Shown one piece after another: positions 9,926-18,766 of a DNA stretch of 64,000 nucleotides. The translations under genes were made by a program, and so were the position numbers. The stretch lies in the IMG/VR virus record IMGVR_UViG_3300045988_144754; one strand, written 5' to 3'. Every line of letters begins with the position of its first letter. Positions within the stretch are counted from its first letter, which is position 1. This stretch comes from a virus. The notes beneath the pieces are model-generated. The model saw only the letters and a program-made list of their open reading frames with translations. It was not told the DNA's origin and did not search any database.

Positions 9926-11029
9926 TTAGAACATGAGTGGTGTGACGAATATCTTGCCGCCCTCCTGGTTGTTCTCGTAGCCGCCGGATTTGTCTGCAGC
10001 GGATGATGAGGGAGCGGTGGTGGAAGTGGAGGAGGACGCGGTGGTGTCGGCGGCTTCCTGAGCCTGCTTCTCGGCCTTGAGGAGGCGATAGACGGAATCG
10101 CGGAGCGAGATGGACTCGTTGTGCGCCAACAGTCGGGTAGCCTTGTCGAAGGAGATGACGGTGGTTCGCTCCACGAGGTAGGCAGTCATCAGTCGGCGCA
10201 CCTTGCGGAGGAGCTTGTCGCGGTCATCGGCGTGCTGCAGACGGGTGATGAGCTCGTCGCCGAACACGTCGGCTATGTATTCGTCCTGTATGTAGCGGAG
10301 GTCGGGCAACAGACGGATGAACTTGTCGCGGTTGTCGTAAACGTCGAGGTACTGCTGCAGGATGCTGCACGTGGGGATGAGGAGGTCGTGGTGCAGATAG
10401 TAGTACTTGCTCTCCTGCCACAACAGCACGATCTCCTCGATAGCTGCGAGGCGCTCGGTACTTTCGTCCTGTGGTATGTCGGATTTTCCGTCGTCAGGTA
10501 CTTCTGTACTTTCGTCCTTTGGTACTTCAGTACTTGCGCTGCCGTCTTTCGGGGCGGCTGTTTCGGCTGGCGTGTTGATGCTGACAGCCCAGTTTTCGAG
10601 AAGTATGAGGAGGTTGTTGAGCGACACCATGGCCTCTTTTTTATATCCCGCCACTCCCTTGTCGAGAAGTTTCTCTGTGGCTGGGTCATAGTCGGTAGAG
10701 GAGGCGATGTTGACGCCTGCGCCGTTGACCGAAAGGATTTGCTGGTAGGCGTATCGTGCCATAGCATCGTTGACCACCATACGCTGTGCGAGGACGAGGA
10801 GGACGCTCCATGGCTTCATGACATAGGTGCCGTCGGTCATCTGCTGATAGAAGCCGTCGCCGCCCAGGGTGGTGTAGTATTCGCAGAGCCGTGTGTAGAG
10901 CGGCTTACCCAACTTATCCTGCAGGAAGTCCTTCTCGCTGTTGTCGAGCACGCCCTGCAGGTTGGCTATCTCGTCCACGGCATTGCTGGGCAGGATGAGC
11001 CGGAGTTCTTGATTGGTGGAAAGTATCAT
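9926..11029 (-). CDS. hypothetical protein
   Basis: 367-aa ORF with an acidic Asp/Glu/Ser-rich middle region. Confidence 0.45.
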   Translation of the reverse strand: MILSTNQELRLILPSNAVDEIANLQGVLDNSEKDFLQDKLGKPLYTRLCEYYTTLGGDGFYQQMTDGTYVMKPWSVLLVLAQRMVVNDAMARYAYQQILSVNGAGVNIASSTDYDPATEKLLDKGVAGYKKEAMVSLNNLLILLENWAVSINTPAETAAPKDGSASTEVPKDESTEVPDDGKSDIPQDESTERLAAIEEIVLLWQESKYYYLHHDLLIPTCSILQQYLDVYDNRDKFIRLLPDLRYIQDEYIADVFGDELITRLQHADDRDKLLRKVRRLMTAYLVERTTVISFDKATRLLAHNESISLRDSVYRLLKAEKQAQEAADTTASSSTSTTAPSSSAADKSGGYENNQEGGKIFVTPLMF

Positions 11030-11100
11030 GATGTGTTGTGCTGTTATGTGCTGGGTGAAAAAAGATGTTGTTGCCAGGCGAAAGTCAGGGGAGGGGAGGG

Positions 11101-12894
11101 CTACTCCTGTCCCTGCTTCGTGACGCCTGTCTTCGAGTTGTCGAGGGTGGTAAGCACCTCACGGTCTATCTGCCATTCGAGGTGTGGGTCCCATTCATTG
11201 ATTTCGTCGGTTACCTCCAAGGCGCGGAGCATGAGCTGCTGCAATGGGGCAAACTGTATCTGCTTGACGAGGAAACGCTCGCGGAGGTCAGTGCCGCCCG
11301 ATGAGGTTGCGTCGCCTGGGGTGTTGCCAATGAGCTTGGAGTCGAGACCCATGGCGAAGAAGATGATGCTTGTGATTTCCTGCAGCTCGGTCTTCTCGGC
11401 TTGCGCTTGCGAGTTGGCCTTGCTCTCTATCTCCACAATCTCCCACGCCTTGTGCTCCTTGCCGTCGGTGCCGTTGAACACGGCAGAGATGAGCGCCTGA
11501 CCTGCATTGTCGGGATTGGAGAGCCACGTGTTGATGTCGCTGAACACCTCCTGCTGAAGCTGCGCCATGGTCTTGGTCTTCTTGTCGCCCTGCTGGGTGT
11601 AGAGGTTCTTGAGATATTCCTGGTGAATGTAGATGACGCGACCGATGATGTTGGAGTTGCGCTTACGGGTGAGTCGGTCGTCGACGATGGTGAAGGCATA
11701 CTCGTAGATGCTTCCGGCAAAGATGCTGTGCCAAAGGGCATCGGCATAGTAGGGACCGCCGTAGTCGCGTGGCGACATGATGAAACGGGTGGGGCGGTCC
11801 TTGCGGCTTACCCGCTGCTGACGGGCACGGCGCACGGCGGCCTGGAGGTCTTTCACTGCCGACACGGTGGGAAGATAGGGCACGGCGGCGATGCTCTTGT
11901 CGAGGTCGGCGAACTGAGCGGTGCGGTCTTGCGTGGGGTCGAGCCACTGGTTTGACAAGTAGGCATAGTTGATGCGATAGTTGGTGTCCTGTCGCTCCAG
12001 TCGGGTGGTGAAGATGCTGCGGTGTTTCAGTCCCACTACCTTGGGTGTCCACTGGCTTGTGGGCACGGGTTTGCCTTCGTCGGAGAGTTGTCGCTGGTTG
12101 AGTTGCAGCTCGACGAAGCATTGCGACATGAGCGCCATGTCGCCCGCCATGTTGAGGAAGGTCTGCATCAGGTCGTTGTCCTTCATGAATTTCTTCACCT
12201 CGCGGTTGGTCTGTTCCCACTTGGCGAGGGCGTCCTTCAGGGCTTTCATCTCGTCGCTGTCCTTGGGCTGGCCTTCGGTCTGCTGACTGACGGAATGCAG
12301 AGGGTCGTCGGGGTCGCCGCTGATGCCGTTCTGCTGTTGCTCCTGAAGGTCGGCTTTCTCCTGTGCCTTGAGGTCGGCTATCTGTCCGCGGAGCAGTGTG
12401 CCGGCCGATGCGTAGGGGATGTATTTCTCGGTGATGTTGCCGCCTACGTACTGGGTGTAGTGGTACTTGGGCGAGGGTCCGTGGCCTACGAGTATCTTCT
12501 TGATGAAGTCGACACCGGCTGCGGTGAAGGGCGACATTCGTGAGAGAATCCAGACGAGGTTGGGCAGTCGGTTGCCCACGCCCCATTCCATGTAGCCCAG
12601 TCCGGGTGTTCCCACGCCGTTGGGCTTGGCCTTGTTCTCGCCGCCGCTGGAGGCGAAGATGGTGGAAATCTGTCGTCGTGCTCCCGAAGAGGTGGTCGAG
12701 CTGCCCTGCGCTGTCATGCCGGCTGTCTCGAAGAGCATGGAGCGGACGTAATCGTTCCATGAAAAGACTTGAGCGCCGCTGTTGGGATTGATGAAAGCAG
12801 AGGGCGACACGGCCACATATCCATCGCGCTTCAGTTCCTCACTACGATCTTGGAACTGCTGTAAGTTGGTAACTCTGTTCTTGTTGCGTGACAT
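11101..12894 (-). CDS. hypothetical virion protein (portal-sized; assignment uncertain)
   Basis: 597-aa ORF. Preceded by a TAnnTTTG promoter-like box in the duplicated module at 12925..13010. Confidence 0.4.
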   Translation of the reverse strand: MSRNKNRVTNLQQFQDRSEELKRDGYVAVSPSAFINPNSGAQVFSWNDYVRSMLFETAGMTAQGSSTTSSGARRQISTIFASSGGENKAKPNGVGTPGLGYMEWGVGNRLPNLVWILSRMSPFTAAGVDFIKKILVGHGPSPKYHYTQYVGGNITEKYIPYASAGTLLRGQIADLKAQEKADLQEQQQNGISGDPDDPLHSVSQQTEGQPKDSDEMKALKDALAKWEQTNREVKKFMKDNDLMQTFLNMAGDMALMSQCFVELQLNQRQLSDEGKPVPTSQWTPKVVGLKHRSIFTTRLERQDTNYRINYAYLSNQWLDPTQDRTAQFADLDKSIAAVPYLPTVSAVKDLQAAVRRARQQRVSRKDRPTRFIMSPRDYGGPYYADALWHSIFAGSIYEYAFTIVDDRLTRKRNSNIIGRVIYIHQEYLKNLYTQQGDKKTKTMAQLQQEVFSDINTWLSNPDNAGQALISAVFNGTDGKEHKAWEIVEIESKANSQAQAEKTELQEITSIIFFAMGLDSKLIGNTPGDATSSGGTDLRERFLVKQIQFAPLQQLMLRALEVTDEINEWDPHLEWQIDREVLTTLDNSKTGVTKQGQE

Positions 12895-12924
12895 ATTCTG
12901 TTATCCTTTTTTAGGGTTAATATA

Positions 12925-13010
12925 TGTTGTTGCTTTTTTCGACTACAAAAGTAGGGAGAATTATTTTAATGGTACGGACATGAGTCAGAACAGCGAGAGC
13001 TGCACGGCTC
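12925..13010 (-). repeat. duplicated promoter module carrying a 3' relic of a PF01555-type methyltransferase gene (copy of 14822..14905)
   Basis: About 80% identity to the 3' end plus downstream region of 14877..15647. Encodes ...AVQLSLF* (compare AQLTLF*). Contains TACTTTTG, a TAnnTTTG -7 box. Confidence 0.55.
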
Positions 13011-13246
13011 GGTTGCCTCTTTCGGCGTACCGCGTCTGAGCGAAAAAACTGCGGTCCCGTCGGTTCTCCCTTCCCTTTTCCGCCCACTTCATAGAATTGG
13101 AAAGTTCGAGAGTGTTGGTAGTCTTCGGGAATGGAGCCGTGCGAGCCGCAGTTAATCTAACAATATGTTTCACGTTTTTGCATTATGGCCTATATCAAGA
13201 TGTATTCGGGGTGTCGTGTTGCGTCCGCCTACATATCGTAGTCGTA

Positions 13247-14065
13247 CTATCGTTTGATATTCCACATGTGCTCTGCAGGACCAACGAGCACGTCTATGTT
13301 TGCGCCCTGCTTCAGAGCCACCGTTTCCACCCATTTAAGCTGAATAAACTGCTGCGGGCTAAGATTCATCTCGCTCATATACGCCTTATCTGCCACAGCC
13401 TTTTGGCGCTCGGCCTTCTCGCGAGCCACCTGAACCTCATATTCACGTTCCTGCGTCTGCTTGGCCTGTACCATCTTTGCCGTTCGGTTCATTTCGGCAA
13501 GCTGCTCCTTGTTGGGTGTTGCCTTGCCGATGATAACGTCCTTGATGATGACGGGCATCGGCTTGTGCTTGGAGAGGGCAGCCACGTAATCCTGCATCTG
13601 CTTCAGAATCTTCTTGTCGATGGTGCTCAATACCTGACGGTTGGACATCAAGTCGAACGGACTGTACTGTGAGATATGGTCTCTGACAAGATTACAGAAA
13701 TAGTTGTAGAGGTTGGTGTCAAACCAGTCGCGTCCATAGTTCTGCAACAGCACGGGCGACTTGCCTTGCTCCACCTGAGTGACTATGACAGAATGGAAGT
13801 CGAGCGGCGTGTTATCGTCGGAGAAGATGTCGTCAAGAACAACCTCGTGGCGTACCGGAACAATCTTGAATGTTTCGGCATGAGTACTCAGGGCACACCA
13901 TGTCAAGCCACTCTGTACTGGGTCGTTGTCAACACCTCCGTGTCCGAAGAACCATGGTTTCTTCACCAACACGGTTTCCTCGTCGGCATCGGGCGACACA
14001 AAACGGCACGAGGATAACATCACTACTGCGACAAGCGCAAAAAGAATTGAAAATAATTTTTTCAT
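13247..14065 (-). CDS. lipoprotein
   Basis: Start trimmed to MKKLFSILFALVAVVMLSSC. This is a signal peptide with an LSSC lipobox. Confidence 0.55.
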   Translation of the reverse strand: MKKLFSILFALVAVVMLSSCRFVSPDADEETVLVKKPWFFGHGGVDNDPVQSGLTWCALSTHAETFKIVPVRHEVVLDDIFSDDNTPLDFHSVIVTQVEQGKSPVLLQNYGRDWFDTNLYNYFCNLVRDHISQYSPFDLMSNRQVLSTIDKKILKQMQDYVAALSKHKPMPVIIKDVIIGKATPNKEQLAEMNRTAKMVQAKQTQEREYEVQVAREKAERQKAVADKAYMSEMNLSPQQFIQLKWVETVALKQGANIDVLVGPAEHMWNIKR

Positions 14066-14135
14066 AATTGTTTTTTGTTTATATTGATTCATTAAAATCC
14101 TTATATATGACAATCGTACATTACACCCGCTGCCT

Positions 14136-14690
14136 TTACGACTCAATCTCGGGAGGGTTGCCACCAGGCTTCTGCTCGCCGCCACCCGTGGTGCCGGAAT
14201 CGCCTGTGCCGGGAGCTGCGGGAGCATCCGTTGCAGCAGCATTGCCCACTCGCTTGAACGAGCCGTGCTGTGCGAAGGCAGCGTTGAACTTCTTGGAGAA
14301 GTCGATGGCAACACCTGCGGTGAGGTCCTTTGTGGTGAGGTCGGCGGCGGTAATCTCTCGGTTCACGTCAACGTCCTCGCCTGCTGCCTTACGTGCTTCG
14401 AGCTTCGCCTTGAGCTGGCTCTGAGTGAGCGAGCCGCTGACGGTAGGACGTACCGTCATGCCCTCGGCAGACACCTGTACCTTGGTGCCCAGTGCCAACA
14501 GAAGCGGCAGCTTTTTCTCCAACTGCGTCATCACGGCCATTACGTCCGCTGCGCCTACTGTAGAGTCCTGCGCCATGTAGTCGCAAAACTCAGGAAATGA
14601 CATCTGCTGCAAGTCAACGATCTGTGCGCTTGCCAGCTTCTCCTGTGTGAGGTGGTTCACACGAACTGCAATTCTTGTTTTAATTGCCAT
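14136..14690 (-). CDS. HU-like DNA-binding protein (Bacteroidetes type)
   Basis: N-terminus MAIKTRIAVRVNHLTQEKLA...FPEFCDYMAQDSTVGAADVMAVMTQLEKKLPLLLALGTKVQV resembles Bacteroidetes HU-family proteins. Low-complexity Gly/Thr-rich tail. Confidence 0.5.
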   Translation of the reverse strand: MAIKTRIAVRVNHLTQEKLASAQIVDLQQMSFPEFCDYMAQDSTVGAADVMAVMTQLEKKLPLLLALGTKVQVSAEGMTVRPTVSGSLTQSQLKAKLEARKAAGEDVDVNREITAADLTTKDLTAGVAIDFSKKFNAAFAQHGSFKRVGNAAATDAPAAPGTGDSGTTGGGEQKPGGNPPEIES

Positions 14691-14762
14691 AGGTTATTTT
14701 TTGTTTGGGCGTTAATACTTTCCTCTCTATTTTTACCCGATTCTACAAAGAGGCTTTTTGCA

Positions 14763-14822
14763 ATGTGCTAACACTTTTCATCAAATGTGCTAACACTTTT
14801 CGTCAAATGTGCTAACACATTG
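14763..14822 (-). promoter_or_regulatory. three tandem 22-bp sites AATGTGctaaCAC (GTG-N4-CAC inverted-repeat cores)
   Basis: Three units at exact 22-bp spacing in the 5' leader of the operon starting at 14690. Same site family as 40356..40437. Confidence 0.5.
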
Positions 14823-14905
14823 CTTTTTTTCGACTACAAATGTAGGGAGAAAATTTTGAGCGGTGTGGACATAAATTCAGAACAGCGTGAGCTGTGCTTG
14901 CTCCA
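14822..14905 (-). promoter_or_regulatory. promoter module downstream of the methyltransferase gene (TACATTTG -7 box)
   Basis: Matches the Bacteroidetes TAnnTTTG consensus. Duplicated at 12925..13010. Confidence 0.45.
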
Positions 14906-15647
14906 ACTTGATGCGCTTGCAAGCCTTGTCGTAATACTCCTTGTTGAGCTCGAAGCCGATGAAGTTGCGCTTCTCTTTTATGCAAGCAATGGCGGTGGTG
15001 CCGCTGCCCATGCAGTTGTCTAATATGGTGTCGCCCTCGTTGGAGTAGGTACGGATGAGGTACTGGATGAGAGCGACAGGTTTTTGGGTGGGGTGGAAGC
15101 TGTTGTGAATATCCCTCTGAAATAAGACAATATCGGTTGGATATTTTTCGTCGGTTATAATATCCTTCACTTTGCCATAATTTCCGTAACATCTGTTGGT
15201 TTGCTCTTTCTCTTGCTTTCCTCTGCTGTGATTGCGTTCATGTGGAAGACATTTGCACATTTGTGGATGATAGGTGGGCTGTCCGTCGTAGAAAACGGAA
15301 ATAATCTCCGTTTGCTTTAGAGGCATCTTCTTTGTGTTCAAAAAGCCAGTTGTACGGCATTTATCCCACGTGATATTATAGCGCCACATCTTTTCATTGC
15401 TCATCATCAGTTTTGCCGTGAACATACCCTGTCCGAACAATATTATAGCCGCATTGGGCTTACTGATACGAAGATATTGCTCCCATAAAGAATCAAGTGG
15501 AATAATACTATCCCATCCTCCTCCTTCGCTCTGCTTATTGAGGACACCATACGGCAAATCACACACAATGCAATCCACGCTTCCGTCGGGAATCCTTTTC
15601 ATTCCTTCGAGGCAGTCTTCATTATATATCTTGTTCAGCTCTATCAT
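14877..15647 (-). CDS. DNA methyltransferase, N6-adenine/N4-cytosine (PF01555-like, beta class)
   Basis: CIVCDLPYG (DPPY-type motif IV) near the N-terminus and NCMGSGTTAIA (motif I) near the C-terminus. Paralog of 42701..43450. Confidence 0.8.
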   Translation of the reverse strand: MIELNKIYNEDCLEGMKRIPDGSVDCIVCDLPYGVLNKQSEGGGWDSIIPLDSLWEQYLRISKPNAAIILFGQGMFTAKLMMSNEKMWRYNITWDKCRTTGFLNTKKMPLKQTEIISVFYDGQPTYHPQMCKCLPHERNHSRGKQEKEQTNRCYGNYGKVKDIITDEKYPTDIVLFQRDIHNSFHPTQKPVALIQYLIRTYSNEGDTILDNCMGSGTTAIACIKEKRNFIGFELNKEYYDKACKRIKLEQAQLTLF

Positions 15648-15654
15648 TGTCTTT

Positions 15655-16689
15655 TTACTTTTTCCTTATCTTTTCCATTTCCTCATTCTCCACCGTCAGG
15701 CGTTCCAGGTGCTCCAGGACGAGGGAATAACTCTGGTTGTTCACCTGGTCCTCCGTCAGACCGGCATACTTCTGCATGGTGGCGGTGGTGGCGGTGTATA
15801 TCTCCAAGGGCGTGGAGGGCTTCTGCGACTTGATGGGCTGCACCTTGAACACATGGCGATAACGATGAGCGAGGGTGTGCATCACGCCCGTCCACCAGAA
15901 GAGTATCACCTGCCATGCCGTTTCGGGGAAATCGCGGAAATAGGACTGGTTCGTCTCCCACTGGTTCAACTCATAGTGGAAGTCGTGTTTCACCATGCCC
16001 GTGTTGCTGTCCACATAGTCGGTCGTGCCGTTGAAGATGGTGGCGAGAAACATCGTCCGGGCAGCGTTCACGTTCTTCATCTGCCGCTGCATCTGCTCGT
16101 CGGTGAAAGTGCCGCGCTGCTGCATCTTCAAGAGGCTGTTGCTCAGTCGGGTGTAGGTCTGCATCATGTCGGAGGCGAAGCGATACTGCGCCCACGAAAA
16201 TCCGTCGAGGTCGTTGGCGGGTCCGCTGAACACCTTCTTGCGTCGCCACCATGCGCGGCGTCGCCGGATGACAGGGTAGGGGAAGCGGGTGAGAAAGGCA
16301 CCGTTCTCGTTGTCTATCCAGTCGAGCAAGCCTGCTCCCTGAGCGATGTACTCTGCCGACTTTCGGGCGTCGGTCTTCGCCTTGGGCGTCAGCCAATAGT
16401 TGATCTGCCACAGATACAGCGGAAAGGTGTCGTTGTCCTCGTCGTCCTGCATACGGCAGAGGTAATACTGCTCGCTGATGTCGAGGCGAGAGTCGGGCAG
16501 CGCCACTATCTCCAAGCCCGACAGGGCGAAGAAGATCGCCACCTTCACGTTGCGCATGTCGAAGGGGTGGTATCTGTCCTGCCGCTCCACCTGCTCGCGT
16601 ATCACGTCGGCTATCAGCTCCAGTTGTTCCGTAGTGCAGAGATTCCAATGTCGGGGAAGATGTAAGTCTATTTTTTTTGGATTGTTCAT
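15655..16689 (-). CDS. hypothetical protein
   Basis: 344-aa ORF. Confidence 0.45.
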   Translation of the reverse strand: MNNPKKIDLHLPRHWNLCTTEQLELIADVIREQVERQDRYHPFDMRNVKVAIFFALSGLEIVALPDSRLDISEQYYLCRMQDDEDNDTFPLYLWQINYWLTPKAKTDARKSAEYIAQGAGLLDWIDNENGAFLTRFPYPVIRRRRAWWRRKKVFSGPANDLDGFSWAQYRFASDMMQTYTRLSNSLLKMQQRGTFTDEQMQRQMKNVNAARTMFLATIFNGTTDYVDSNTGMVKHDFHYELNQWETNQSYFRDFPETAWQVILFWWTGVMHTLAHRYRHVFKVQPIKSQKPSTPLEIYTATTATMQKYAGLTEDQVNNQSYSLVLEHLERLTVENEEMEKIRKK

Positions 16690-16704
16690 TTCTACAGAAT
16701 CCTA

Positions 16705-16895
16705 AGTTTTTATCCCAAAAATGCCAAAATTGGACTATTTTAGTACAGAAAAAATCTAAAATTGTACGATTTTATCCAAAAAACGACAAAATTAGACTAT
16801 TTTCGTACAGAAAAAAATCCAAAATTGGACTATTTTATCCCAAAAACGCCAAAATTGGACTATTTTTAATCCAGAAAAATCCAAAAATGGATGGG
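16705..16895. repeat. tandem array of about six 30-bp units (three ~60-bp units)
   Basis: ccaaaaatgccaaaattggactatttt is repeated with minor variation. Sits between the endolysin stop and the next gene start. Confidence 0.7.
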
Positions 16896-16909
16896 AAAGT
16901 TATCAAAAA

Positions 16910-17464
16910 CTACCAGGTGATTTCTCTCCCTCGGTTGTCGACGAGCGAGCCGTATCGGATGCCGTCGAGCCGACGAAGCCATCCGGCGAGGAACCGCTTC
17001 TGTGACGGTTTGTTCTTCGCCAACCGCTCGTAGTACAACTTGCGGCGAGCCTTGAGGCGAGAGAAGAAAGCTTCGGGGTTCTGTCGGTTCAGGGCGGCGA
17101 GGGTGTTCTTTCCCATGATGCCGTCGGCTTTCACACCCAGTATGGCTTGGGTGATGGTGACGGCGGGCGTACCACTGATCCACAGCCAGTCCACAAGGAG
17201 GTTGGCGATGCTCTGGTCATTGATCTCGTCGGCACGGCAGCGACGCCAGTAGCATCGGCGCAGGATTTCCGTAGCATCAGCATCTGAGATAAGTCGGAGG
17301 TCGCGCACGTCTATCCGTCCGTCGCCGTTCTTGTCGTACCCCTGCTGTCGCCATGTGCCGATGGTCACACCCTTGTTGGTGGCACCGCCACGGTCTTTCG
17401 GGTCGTTCACGAAACCGCCCTCAAACGAGAGAATGAATTTAGCTAAAGGTTCAATCTTTACCAT
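16910..17464 (-). CDS. endolysin (GH108 N-acetylmuramidase with PG_binding_3-like domain)
   Basis: ILSFEGGFVNDPKDRGGATNKGVT matches the GH108 signature. The C-terminal region resembles a peptidoglycan-binding domain. Confidence 0.75.
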   Translation of the reverse strand: MVKIEPLAKFILSFEGGFVNDPKDRGGATNKGVTIGTWRQQGYDKNGDGRIDVRDLRLISDADATEILRRCYWRRCRADEINDQSIANLLVDWLWISGTPAVTITQAILGVKADGIMGKNTLAALNRQNPEAFFSRLKARRKLYYERLAKNKPSQKRFLAGWLRRLDGIRYGSLVDNRGREITW

Positions 17465-17776
17465 AGTTTATCGTTTTCTTGTTCTGTTGTTAATAAATGT
17501 AGGGCAAAGATACGAAAACGCCATCCGTCGTGCGGGACAAAAATATCCCAGCTACTTTGTATGACAGACTGCGCACCGGGTTGACGCAGCCGGAAACAAT
17601 GGAAGCCGCAATGCTGCACTCTTCGTGGAGCAAAGCGGCTTCTGAAACGAAATGTTATCCCGAAAAGGCAAGACTACCATTTTGCTGACACCAGCAAAAT
17701 GATATTCGGCTCTTTTTACCTTTTTACTTTTTTGTCTTAGAAATCAGCAAGAAAACTCTTTTTACCTTTTTACTTT

Positions 17777-18280
17777 TCAAACATGGCTCATGTATTCCCA
17801 TACTTTCGTACAGTCGAGTACATCTGTGTCCTTCCAGTCGGCATCACAGAAGTAGAACAAGTATGCGGCCTTGATAATCTCCTCTTCGCTCATCTCGGCG
17901 CAGAGGTCAGCATACATGGCATTGAAGGCTACATACTTGTCCCAACAATTCACCTTGCTTGGGAAGTCGAAGTCCTTGGTGGCTTGCTCAATCTCCGATT
18001 TAGTCCAGTGAGCGCCCCTGCCCATAGGCACACCCTCATCGTCCAACTTGCTGTAGAGAAGTCGGTCGACATCATGATGGGCAAACATCTCGCTGTAGTG
18101 GCGGTCGTAGAGCACGGCATGTTGGTGACGGATTATCTTCCAGTAAAGTTCAGGATCCTCATTCTCCACCTTCATCAGGTCGCACGACAACTGCTCCAAG
18201 GCAGCATTGAGTTTTTTGTCTGTCATCTGTCCGTCAACACGGGCCTGGTTGATTAATTGATTGTACTTCATGATTTTCAT
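17777..18280 (-). CDS. hypothetical protein
   Basis: 167-aa ORF between the holin-like and endolysin genes. Confidence 0.45.
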   Translation of the reverse strand: MKIMKYNQLINQARVDGQMTDKKLNAALEQLSCDLMKVENEDPELYWKIIRHQHAVLYDRHYSEMFAHHDVDRLLYSKLDDEGVPMGRGAHWTKSEIEQATKDFDFPSKVNCWDKYVAFNAMYADLCAEMSEEEIIKAAYLFYFCDADWKDTDVLDCTKVWEYMSHV

Positions 18281-18427
18281 TTACTTTTTAAATAACTAAT
18301 GGTCTAACAATTAGGACAAGCACCACGGAAATGTGGAATGACGGGAAGCGCTTTCGCCTGTCCCGAATCGGGAAGAAAGAAAGAAACTTGCTTCAACTTT
18401 CTTTCTTTCTTATTTTCTTTTAGGTCG

Positions 18428-18754
18428 TCACTCGATGGTTCGGTCAGAGCCTCGGGCATGACCTTCACTTTCTTTTCTTTCATAATCGTATAGTCTTGTG
18501 AATAATCTTTGCAGCACAAGCAGCAAGAGCAAAAGCCAGTTGGAACAATAAGCTGCAAGAATGGACAACAGCGCAGCCCCGACGGGAGAACAACGCATAC
18601 ACACAAGTACGGCAAGCACACTCCAGAACGTAAGGCACTGAGGGCATGATGCCACCTTGCTCAACACCTGGGTTACGGCTTCTGCCAATCCCAGATGCTG
18701 AATGAGCGTCGCGGCCGTCAGGACTGCGAGGGTTACTAACAGATACTCCGTCAT
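18428..18754 (-). CDS. small membrane protein (holin candidate)
   Basis: 108 aa with three hydrophobic helices. One gene upstream of the endolysin. Confidence 0.4.
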   Translation of the reverse strand: MTEYLLVTLAVLTAATLIQHLGLAEAVTQVLSKVASCPQCLTFWSVLAVLVCMRCSPVGAALLSILAAYCSNWLLLLLLVLQRLFTRLYDYERKESEGHARGSDRTIE

Positions 18755-18766
18755 CTTCGTCAGAGT

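Noticed and set aside
10121-11500. 459-aa plus-strand ORF antisense to two minus-strand genes
   Set aside because: It spans an intergenic gap and two genes on the opposite strand. Val/Gly-rich antisense artefact.
11663-12760. 365-aa Arg/Pro-rich ORF on the minus strand, overlapping the 597-aa gene in another frame
   Set aside because: Extreme Arg/Pro/His composition, typical of an out-of-frame reading of a GC-moderate gene. The 597-aa frame has normal composition.
11101-12894. Portal protein assignment
   Set aside because: Size fits, but the gene lies far downstream of the capsid and protease genes in transcription order, and no portal motif was recognisable. I left it as hypothetical.
14763-14822. 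Possible CRISPR or mini-array
   Set aside because: Only three units, no spacers, and 22-bp periodicity with inverted-repeat cores. This fits a protein-binding site better.
15397-16665. 422-aa plus-strand ORF and 225-aa ORF 15971..16648 overlapping 15655..16689
   Set aside because: Gly/Arg/His-rich translations antisense to, or out of frame with, a well-formed 344-aa gene. They only reveal the methyltransferase repeat through the shared peptide YGKSHTMQSTLPSGILFIPSRQ.
16705-16895. Possible CRISPR array
   Set aside because: The units are contiguous tandem copies without unique spacers. No cas genes.
18357-18417. AT-rich hairpin aagaaagaaagaaa...tttctttctttctt between 17777..18280 and 18428..18754
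   Set aside because: It could be a terminator, but there is no clear U-tract on the transcribed strand. Not called as a feature.
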